From Abditibacterium sp. (GTDB lineage: Bacteria; Armatimonadota; Abditibacteriia; Abditibacteriales; Abditibacteriaceae): 64,000 nt of DNA. The position numbers were made by a program, and so were the translations under genes. The stretch is taken from NCBI GenBank assembly GCA_965199495.1, contig CBDASK010000003.1, forward strand, positions 3,328,001-3,392,000, given 5' to 3'. This document shows, one piece after another, positions 30,904-38,645 of this stretch. The notes below the pieces were generated by a model. It worked only from the letters and a program-made list of their open reading frames with translations, did no database searches and was not told the origin of the DNA. Each line of letters begins with the position of its first letter. Within the stretch, counting starts at the first letter, position 1.

Positions 30904-32382
30904 ATGCCCCAAACCAACTCGTCCAATTTCGCTCCTTTTACCGATGATATTTTCGGTTCGCAGGCGGAACTTGACGCGTTAGCCGAACGCGGCGGCCATG
31001 ACGAGGAGATCGTCATTAACCTGTTTCGCCGTTTGCGCGAGGCGCGCGCGGGCGACCGCGACACGGTGCGCGGCGGCAATCCCAGCTCGCTGCGCGATCA
31101 CTTGGTGATGGTTCATGCGCCTTTGGTCGAACACTGCGCGCGCAATTTCAAGGCATCGGGCGAGCCGCTCGACGACTTGGTGCAGGAAGGTTACGTCGGA
31201 TTAATCAAGGCGGTTGACCGTTTCGATCCCGACAAAAACATCAAGTTTTCGACCTACGCTTGCCATCTCATCGTCGGCGAAATCCGCCATTATTTGCGCG
31301 ATCTGGGACGCATTATTCACGAGCCGGGCTGGCACTTCGAGTTGCGCCAACGCATCACCAAAACCGCCGATGCTTTGGTGCAGCAGACCGGACAGCAACC
31401 CACGCCCGAACAGATCGCCAGTCATTTGGGCGTGAAAGTCGAGACGGTGCGCGAAGTTCTCGAACGCGTGCAGACGCTGCGCGTGGAATCGCTCGACGAA
31501 CCGCAGGGCGACGATGAAAGCGGCGCGACCGCTCTACTCGAACGATTCGACGCGCGGCCCCACAGCCACCGCCAAGGCGACGAAGGGCGCATCGAAGATT
31601 CGATGTTTCTCGAAGACGCCCTGCCGCAACTCAAGGCGCTGGAACAGCAGGCGCTAACGATGTTCTTTTTCGACGAGCTTTCCAAATCGGAAATCGCGCG
31701 GCGTCTGGGCATTTCGGTCAACTATTCGGCCTATCTCATCCGGCGTGGGACGGAGGCGTTGCGGCGCATTTTGGAAACCACCGAGCCGATTCCCGGCGCG
31801 CAGTTGGCGGCTTCGGCGTGGGCACAGCAACAGGTGCGCGCGACGTATTTGCTCGAACTCGCCAAAAACGCCGGGCAGGGCGACGAGCGGCGGACTTTTC
31901 GTCCACCGCACCAAATCGCGGCACCCAACAAAAATAGCATCGCCAGCCTGACCCAATTTTCCGGCTGGCTGGACGACGAAGTCGCGCGCGTCGGGCGCTA
32001 CGGCGGCGAGGTTTCGATCTGTTGGCTGCAAATCCGCAACTGGTTTTCCCTCACCAAAAATATCTCCGACGCCGAAAAACGCACCGCCGCCGCCAGCGCG
32101 GCGGTGTTGGTGCGGCGCCTGTGTCGCGGCATTGATAAAGTCTCGGCGTTGCAAAGCCACGATCCGCCCGGCCTGCATTTTCTGGTGATGATGCCCAGCA
32201 CCGGCGTTGCGGGTAAAGCTCTGGAAAAACGTCTGGTCGCGGGCTTTTTGCGCCCCGATTTGCCGGGCATCACGGCGGCACTTCACGCCCGTAGCGCGTT
32301 CGCGATTTGTCCCAAAGACGCCAAATCCAGCGAGGAAATATTCGAGTTTTTAGGCGCGCAATTGCGCTTGGAAGAAGACTGA
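30904..32382 (+). CDS. SigB/SigF-type sigma-70 factor fused to a degenerate GGDEF-like domain
   Basis: DLVQEGYVGLIKAVDRFDP..FSTYA..IVGEIRHYLRD (region 2); region 3 and region 4 HTH; C-terminal F..WLDDEVARVGRYG..RGID..FLVMMPST. Confidence 0.85.
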   Translation: MPQTNSSNFAPFTDDIFGSQAELDALAERGGHDEEIVINLFRRLREARAGDRDTVRGGNPSSLRDHLVMVHAPLVEHCARNFKASGEPLDDLVQEGYVGLIKAVDRFDPDKNIKFSTYACHLIVGEIRHYLRDLGRIIHEPGWHFELRQRITKTADALVQQTGQQPTPEQIASHLGVKVETVREVLERVQTLRVESLDEPQGDDESGATALLERFDARPHSHRQGDEGRIEDSMFLEDALPQLKALEQQALTMFFFDELSKSEIARRLGISVNYSAYLIRRGTEALRRILETTEPIPGAQLAASAWAQQQVRATYLLELAKNAGQGDERRTFRPPHQIAAPNKNSIASLTQFSGWLDDEVARVGRYGGEVSICWLQIRNWFSLTKNISDAEKRTAAASAAVLVRRLCRGIDKVSALQSHDPPGLHFLVMMPSTGVAGKALEKRLVAGFLRPDLPGITAALHARSAFAICPKDAKSSEEIFEFLGAQLRLEED

Positions 32383-32469
32383 ATCTGCTCGCCAGTGGCC
32401 TAAATAGTTCAGGTCACTGACGCGCGCTATTTTCTGTTATAATTATCGGAGAAATTCCTCCTCCGATCA

Positions 32470-34551
32470 ATGAAAGCCACCGCGCCTACAGCCGCTCCCG
32501 TTGTTCATTCTGCCAGAGAAGTTGACGAGCTTCCCGAACTCAGCGGGCGCGAAGGCGGCGTGACGTTGCGCGTTGTGGTTTTGTGTCTGACGTTAGCCGT
32601 AGTTTTTGGCTACGCGTTGCCGGTCATTGATTACAAAATATACAACACGTTTTTGGGCGCCTCGCATCTGCCCGCCGGAGCCATCGGCGTTTTGCTGGCG
32701 CTGCTTTTAGTCGTCAATCCGTTGTTAAAATTGTTGCGGCGCACATGGGCATTGTCGCGCAACGAGGCGCTGACGGTTTATATCTCGTGCTTGTTTTCCA
32801 GCTTGGTGCCGGGACATGGCAGCGAGAACTTTATTATTCCCAACATCATCGCGCCGTTTTATTATGCGACGCGCGAAAACAAGTGGCTGGAATTTCTGAC
32901 GCCCTACGTCAAGCCGTGGCTCACGCCGTCGGTGAACGCGGCGGGCGCGGTTAATAGCGATGTCGTGACCGGTTGGTATCAGGGCTTGCCCGCTGGCGCC
33001 GCAATTCCGTGGGCGGCGTGGCTGGTGCCGCTGGCCTTCTGGATCGGCTTCGTTTTAACGTCCTACGTGATGTTCGGTTGCCTGAGCGTGATACTGCGCG
33101 CGCAGTGGGCAGAGCGCGAGGCGCTGGCGTTTCCCCTGCTCAAATTACCGCTCGCCATGACCGAAGACATGGACGCGCCCGACCAAAACGGCGGCGTCAT
33201 CGGCGATTTTTTTCGCAATCCGATGATGTGGAGCGGTTTCGCCATCGCGGTTTTTATCCAGTTGATGAAGGGCTTGCATCTTTACTTTCCCGACTTTCCC
33301 GATTTCCCGACGGGCATTGATACCGGCCCGCTCTTTTCCGAGGCGCCGTGGAATCAGATGGGCGGTGTGTCCATTAATACTTTTCCGATGGTCGTCGGCA
33401 TCACTTATTTGCTGACATCGGAGATTTCGTTTTCGCTGTGGTTTTTCTTCTGGTTTATGAAATTCCAGAATATCGCCGCCTACGCCGCCGGTTATCCGCC
33501 GGGCACCATGCCGGGCGCCGATGGTTTCCCCGACAAACTTTTCGCGGGCAATCAAATCGGCGGCTGTTATCTGGCTTATGTCGCCTTAATTCTGTGGACG
33601 GGCCGCGAACATTTATGGCACGTCGCGCGGCGCGGGTTGGGCCGAGCCGCAGCCACGCCGGGCGAGTCCACCGAAATGATCTCATATCCTCTGGCGTTTT
33701 GGGGCTTCATGGTTTCGTTTGGCTTGATGATCGGCGCGACGATCGTTTCGGGCGTGCGCTGGGACATCGCCGTCGCGCTGTGGTTGTCTTATTTGGTGTT
33801 GGCGCTGGGCTTGGCGCGCGTGGCTGTCGAGGGCGGTATGCTGGCGTTGCAACATCACACCAACCCTTTGGGCGCCATCGCGCGCCTGCTCAATTCGGGG
33901 CCGAGTCATTGGCTCACGCTGGATAACGGCGTCACCAACGCCGCGTTTTTTCAGGCGGGCATGGTCAACCATATGCGCGGTTTTATCATGCCATCGTTTA
34001 TCCACGGTTTCAAATTGGCGCACGATCACAAGATTCCACGCCGCCCCTTGGGCGCGCTCATCGTGGCGACGGTGCTGATTGCGGTTATCGTCAGTTGGCT
34101 TACCACGGTCAATTTGGGCTACGAAGCGGACGGCGCGCTGAGTTTCGGCCACCATTGGTGGTCGCAGGACGGCCCGCAAATGCCCGCGCAATTCATCAAT
34201 TCGATGATAGGCGGCAATCAGGGTTCATCGTCCGCCGCGTGGTTCTGGCTGGTTTTTGGCGCACTTCTCACTTGGGGCATGATGCTGGCGCGCTCGCGCT
34301 TCATGTGGTTTCCGCTCCACCCCATCGGTTACATCATGTCGCTGAGCTACCCGACGGCAGTTTTCTGGTTCTCGATATTCCTCGGTTGGATGTTCAAAAC
34401 TCTCATCACGCGTTTCGGCGGCGGCGATGCCTATCGTAAAACCATTCCGCTCTTTCTTGGTCTTGCATTGGGCGATGTTTTCATGATTATTTTCTGGCTC
34501 TTCATTGACGGCTGGCAAGGCCGCGTCGGCCATTTGCTGCTGCCGGGATGA
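32470..34551 (+). CDS. Large polytopic membrane protein (DUF6785/DUF6784-like, possible transporter)
   Basis: Many TM helices; QW..RE.L.FPL, WFPLHPIGY and FLGLALGD motifs. Confidence 0.65.
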   Translation: MKATAPTAAPVVHSAREVDELPELSGREGGVTLRVVVLCLTLAVVFGYALPVIDYKIYNTFLGASHLPAGAIGVLLALLLVVNPLLKLLRRTWALSRNEALTVYISCLFSSLVPGHGSENFIIPNIIAPFYYATRENKWLEFLTPYVKPWLTPSVNAAGAVNSDVVTGWYQGLPAGAAIPWAAWLVPLAFWIGFVLTSYVMFGCLSVILRAQWAEREALAFPLLKLPLAMTEDMDAPDQNGGVIGDFFRNPMMWSGFAIAVFIQLMKGLHLYFPDFPDFPTGIDTGPLFSEAPWNQMGGVSINTFPMVVGITYLLTSEISFSLWFFFWFMKFQNIAAYAAGYPPGTMPGADGFPDKLFAGNQIGGCYLAYVALILWTGREHLWHVARRGLGRAAATPGESTEMISYPLAFWGFMVSFGLMIGATIVSGVRWDIAVALWLSYLVLALGLARVAVEGGMLALQHHTNPLGAIARLLNSGPSHWLTLDNGVTNAAFFQAGMVNHMRGFIMPSFIHGFKLAHDHKIPRRPLGALIVATVLIAVIVSWLTTVNLGYEADGALSFGHHWWSQDGPQMPAQFINSMIGGNQGSSSAAWFWLVFGALLTWGMMLARSRFMWFPLHPIGYIMSLSYPTAVFWFSIFLGWMFKTLITRFGGGDAYRKTIPLFLGLALGDVFMIIFWLFIDGWQGRVGHLLLPG

Positions 34552-34555
34552 TTTT

Positions 34556-34591
34556 CAGGAGACAGGAGACGAGGGAGACAGAAAACAGGAG
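34556..34591. repeat. Short heptamer array (CAGGAGA/GGAGACA) at the 3' side of the four-helix-bundle gene
   Basis: caggagacaggagacgagggagacagaaaacaggag. Confidence 0.75.
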
Positions 34592-34637
34592 TTTGGCAGT
34601 ATCGGCCTTTAGCGCAGTGGCGAGCGACCTTAGATAT

Positions 34638-35021
34638 TTATGCGGAGCGATTTTCCTGATTCGCCAGAACCGATTTGCGGTAGCCGTAAAGCAAGCGAGA
34701 CACTCCATCCAAATCTTCCGAGAGTTGGCGCGCAATTTCCATTGAAACATATCCAAGTTCGGGAGCTAATATCAAGTAATAGCGGCATTCTTCCAAAGAA
34801 CCTTGAGAGATATTAAGAAATCGCGCTTTATCGAGAGCACTTTCTTTTTTGTAGCCCTCAACGATATTCGCTGGAATTGATACCGCCGCTCGGCGCAACT
34901 GCGAAGTCAAGCCAAACATTTCGTGTTTGGGGAAGTCATTGCTACAACGGTAAATATCCAAGACAAATTGATGCGCCTTTTGCCAGACTAACAAATCTTG
35001 AAATTTTTGTGAAGGTCTCAT
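34638..35021 (-). CDS. Four-helix bundle protein (23S rRNA intervening-sequence protein / Avd-like)
   Basis: FQDLLVWQKA..FP..E.FGLTSQLRRAAVSIPANIVEG..FL.IS.GSLEE. Confidence 0.92.
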   Translation of the reverse strand: MRPSQKFQDLLVWQKAHQFVLDIYRCSNDFPKHEMFGLTSQLRRAAVSIPANIVEGYKKESALDKARFLNISQGSLEECRYYLILAPELGYVSMEIARQLSEDLDGVSRLLYGYRKSVLANQENRSA

Positions 35022-35028
35022 TTGCAGG

Positions 35029-35213
35029 AAGTATCAGGGGACAGGAGACGGGAGACAAGGGAGACGGGAGACGGGTTGGGCAGGCGTGGCTCGACAGAGA
35101 AACTGTGACCTTGACATGGGCGTTATTTTCAATTTCGCAATTGATCAACCTGTCTCCCGTCTCCTGTAACCAACCCGTCTCCCTTGTCTCCCGTCTTCCG
35201 TCTCCTGATACTT
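35029..35213. repeat. Inverted heptamer arrays (GGAGACR)n ... (YGTCTCC)n between the four-helix-bundle gene and cysS
   Basis: aagtatcaggggacaggagacgggagacaagggagacgggagacgggttgg / ccaacccgtctcccttgtctcccgtcttccgtctcctgatactt. Confidence 0.85.
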
Positions 35214-35218
35214 TCCCC

Positions 35219-36613
35219 GTGCCAGAAATTCAGCTTTACAATACGCTTTCCCGTTCCAAAGAACCCTTGAAACCGCGCACGCCCGGCGAGATTTCGCTTT
35301 ACGTTTGCGGCGTCACGCCCTACGACAAACTTCACATCGGCCACGCGCGCGCGTTTTTGACTTACGACGTTTTGCGTCGCTTTCTCGAATCCAAAGGTTT
35401 GCACGTTCGCCATATCCAAAACGTCACCGATATTGACGATAAAATCATCAATCGCGCGCGCGAAGTCGGGCGCGATCCGCTCGAATTGGCCTCGCAGTTT
35501 CACGAAGATTCTCTGGTCGAACTCGCGCAATTGAACATTTTGCCCGCCAACGAATATCCGCGTGTCACCACGCATATCGCGCCAATTTTGGCGATGGTCG
35601 AAACTTTGGAACAAAAAGGCTATGCCTACGCCGCCGAAGGCGACGTTTATTTCGACGTGAGCAAAGACGACGATTACGGCAAACTCAGTGGCCAGCGCGT
35701 CGAAGAATTGAACGCGGGCGCGCGCATCGAGCCGGGCGACAAGAAAACCGATGCCGCCGATTTCGCCTTGTGGAAAGCCGCCAAACCCGATGAACCGTCG
35801 TGGCCCTCGGCTTATGGCGATGGGCGTCCGGGCTGGCACATCGAATGTTCGGCGATGGCTTTGGAACTGCTCGGCCCCGGCTTCGATATTCATGGCGGCG
35901 CGCGCGAATTAGTTTTTCCGCATCACGAAAACGAAATCGCGCAATCGGAAAGTTTTCTGCCGCACGGCGAAAACTTCGCCAACGTCTGGTGGCACTGCGG
36001 CGAACTGCGCGTCGGCGGCCAGAAAATGAGCAAGTCGCTGCACAACTTCGTCTCGCTCGACAACGCTTTGAACATGGCGCCCAAAAACGTCTGGCGCCTG
36101 TTATTCCTGCAAACGCACCCGCGTTCGCCACTCGATTATTCGCCGTCGGACAAAGAAATTTCGCTAACGGAGCCATCGAAAATTTTGGAACAAGCCAAAA
36201 GTTCGTGGAATCGAATCAACAACGCATTGGGCGAATTGCCGCCCGATGATGCAGCCACGTCTGACGTGGCTGCTGCGTTCGAGGCGCAATTCGATGCTGC
36301 ATTGTGCGACGATTTGAACACGCCCGAAGCTCTGGCGGCGGCGTTCGATGCAGTTTCCGAATACAATCGCGGCGGCGATTTGAGTCTGGCATGGGCGGCG
36401 CGCGGCGCTCTGGAAATGCTCGGCTTTAGCTTTGAAGTCGAAACCATCGGCGACGAATTGACGCCGCAATTGTTGGAATTGTTAATTCAGGTGCGCAACA
36501 GCGCGCGCGAACGGCGCGATTTCAAAGAATCGGATCGGATTCGCGACGGGTTGAAAAATTTGGGCATCGCTCTCGAAGATGGCGCGGATGGGACGAAATG
36601 GAAGCGCGAGTAG
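35219..36613 (+). CDS. cysS: Cysteine--tRNA ligase
   Basis: LYNTLSR, YVCGVTPYD..HIGH, GRPGWHIECSAM, FPHHENE and KMSKS motifs; GTG start inferred. Confidence 0.97.
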   Translation: MPEIQLYNTLSRSKEPLKPRTPGEISLYVCGVTPYDKLHIGHARAFLTYDVLRRFLESKGLHVRHIQNVTDIDDKIINRAREVGRDPLELASQFHEDSLVELAQLNILPANEYPRVTTHIAPILAMVETLEQKGYAYAAEGDVYFDVSKDDDYGKLSGQRVEELNAGARIEPGDKKTDAADFALWKAAKPDEPSWPSAYGDGRPGWHIECSAMALELLGPGFDIHGGARELVFPHHENEIAQSESFLPHGENFANVWWHCGELRVGGQKMSKSLHNFVSLDNALNMAPKNVWRLLFLQTHPRSPLDYSPSDKEISLTEPSKILEQAKSSWNRINNALGELPPDDAATSDVAAAFEAQFDAALCDDLNTPEALAAAFDAVSEYNRGGDLSLAWAARGALEMLGFSFEVETIGDELTPQLLELLIQVRNSARERRDFKESDRIRDGLKNLGIALEDGADGTKWKRE

Positions 36614-36640
36614 GGGAAATTGGGCGAGGTGGCCTTTTCT

Positions 36641-36710
36641 CCGTGAATTTTGAATTTGCCGTGTCCGCGAAGGCGGATAGTCGCGGACACGGCAAATTCA
36701 AGGTTCACGG
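36641..36710. repeat. Inverted repeat (30-bp arms, 2 mismatches) overlapping the SMI1/KNR4 stop
   Basis: CCGTGAATTTTGAATTTGCCGTGTCCGCGA / TCGCGGACACGGCAAATTCAAGGTTCACGG. Confidence 0.8.
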
Positions 36711-37459
36711 CTATGGCACAGCCAATTTGCGTAATGCTCTTCGACCAAACCGCACGCGCGGCCCCAGGGCTTGGGCGCAAAAATTTTGGGTCGGCCACTG
36801 GGGTTCACGTTCATAATGCTCAACATTGTCTCGTCAATTGTCAATTGAAGCACGCCCGGTTCGAGCCGCTGATGAATCGTTTCGTGTTCTACGCCCGCTT
36901 TCATCATCGCGTTAATTCGCTCGAAGAGTTCGAGATGGCAGCGCATTGTTCCCAACCACCATTCGTCGAAAGTCGTGGCATAATTTACATCGCCCGCATA
37001 CGGACTAATGCCAGTTTCCCAGCGCGCGTCCCACCAAACTTCGCCCGCGTTCGGCCCCTTAAGCACCAACAGAAAATAGGTCGCGCAACCGTATTCGCCG
37101 ACTTCAATGACGCCGGGAATGGCGCTGTCCCACAATTCGTCGGGCGTCTCGCCGTTGAATGCCGTCGTCTCGGCATAGGGAAAATTTTGGTCGAGTTGCG
37201 GCGCGTCCAAACTCAACGGCGTCACGCCGTAATATGGGCCGGGGCCACCGTTGCCAAGTTCGGTGAGAAAGCGGCGATAAGCTAACGGTAGCACGACTGC
37301 GTAACGGCGCTCGAACGCTTCGACTTGCGCAATTGAAAGCGGCGCCGGGAAGCGGTAATTGTAACGCCCGGCGCCAAAGGCGACGCGGCGGCAGTCCAAC
37401 TTTGTTAATTTGGCGATTAACGTTTTGACCTCAGCGATGAAATCGGCGGAATCGTCCAT
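36698..37459 (-). CDS. SMI1/KNR4 (SUKH) family protein
   Basis: VEAFERRYAVVLPLAYRRFLTELGNGGPGPYYG and GC..LVLKGP..GEVW..F..WW. Confidence 0.85.
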   Translation of the reverse strand: MDDSADFIAEVKTLIAKLTKLDCRRVAFGAGRYNYRFPAPLSIAQVEAFERRYAVVLPLAYRRFLTELGNGGPGPYYGVTPLSLDAPQLDQNFPYAETTAFNGETPDELWDSAIPGVIEVGEYGCATYFLLVLKGPNAGEVWWDARWETGISPYAGDVNYATTFDEWWLGTMRCHLELFERINAMMKAGVEHETIHQRLEPGVLQLTIDETMLSIMNVNPSGRPKIFAPKPWGRACGLVEEHYANWLCHSREP

Positions 37460-37594
37460 GATTTTATTTTAACGCGCGGCGAGACAAGCCGCGAAAGTTC
37501 TAAAATAGGTGCGCGTGGCTGTTTGGTTGGATAATGCGGAATTTCAATTTTTCTATTGGTTGTTTTTGTTGGTTGAGCGCACTAAATTTGTATT

Positions 37595-38623
37595 ATGAAT
37601 TATCATATTTTTCTCCTGTCGCTCGCCTTTGCTGTGCCCGTAGCGGCCTCTGTTCCGGAAAAAACGACGGAGAGCTGGCGACTGGTCGAACTGGTGCACT
37701 TGCGAGACTCCTTGACGAGCATGGGCCAGGTTCCTTACGGCATTACCGCGTCCGATGATTTGGTTGATGTTAACAGCGACAGATACAGCTTGAAAACTGG
37801 CGGTTTAGTCGAACAAATTGGTTTCCCCGCAGGGTTGGGTTCTTGGAATTACGGAATCGACTCCGACTCGGATCCCAATCGCAATCTGTTGGCTTTGTCT
37901 TTACAGGATAACCCGAACCAAACGTGGGCTTACCCGTTTCCGCCGACCGATAACTTCCTCAATTATGGCGATATGACCGTGCGTTTCGCGCCCGCAATAG
38001 ATCGCCTCGTGGTCACGCTCAATGGCACTTACACTCTTTGGAGCGTGCGTTCTCGTCGTTTGGAGCGCCGCGTTCGATTCGTGGATGCAGAAGCGCAACC
38101 CCACGCTTTCGGCCAGACGACGGCGCTTTCGCGCGACGGAAGCACCGTTGTTTATGCGGGTGTGAAGATGATTTTGACGGCCTCGACGCTCACCGGTCAG
38201 GTTTTAAACCGTGTTGCGATGCGGCCTTTAAGCACGAAGTATCTCGATCAGATCATTTTTGTCTCGCCTTTCGGTCGCTACGCGCTCTACGAAGCGCCCG
38301 TTGGGGCGGCTGTTTCGTCTAAAGCGCGCAAACTGACCGTGAGGGACACGCGCACAGGGCGCGCGAAGTGGGGTTTCACTTTGCCGCCCAATACTTCCAA
38401 TTCCTCTCTGGGAGATTGGCAAACCGCTTTCTCGTCCGACGAAACTCAAATCGCGGTGCCCGTGTCCGCACGAAACCTGTGGCGAATCCGCAGTTTACAA
38501 ACCGGCAAAACCATCCGCACCTTGCCACGACTGCGCGGCGCCCAAATCGCCGCCTTTTCGCCCGATAATGGCACGCTTTACTCCGTCGCCAACGGCGTTT
38601 TGTATCGCCAACGCGCGCGCTAA
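37595..38623 (+). CDS. Secreted WD40-like beta-propeller, paralogue 1
   Basis: Signal peptide; SRDG, FSSDE and FSPD blades; ends LYSVANGVLYRQRAR. Confidence 0.75.
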   Translation: MNYHIFLLSLAFAVPVAASVPEKTTESWRLVELVHLRDSLTSMGQVPYGITASDDLVDVNSDRYSLKTGGLVEQIGFPAGLGSWNYGIDSDSDPNRNLLALSLQDNPNQTWAYPFPPTDNFLNYGDMTVRFAPAIDRLVVTLNGTYTLWSVRSRRLERRVRFVDAEAQPHAFGQTTALSRDGSTVVYAGVKMILTASTLTGQVLNRVAMRPLSTKYLDQIIFVSPFGRYALYEAPVGAAVSSKARKLTVRDTRTGRAKWGFTLPPNTSNSSLGDWQTAFSSDETQIAVPVSARNLWRIRSLQTGKTIRTLPRLRGAQIAAFSPDNGTLYSVANGVLYRQRAR

Positions 38624-38645
38624 AATTAAACTTTTGCTACAAATC

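Noticed and set aside
34638..35021. Diversity-generating retroelement (Avd-like gene)
   Set aside because: No reverse transcriptase and no TR/VR pair with adenine-specific differences seen; the propeller tails differ at all base types
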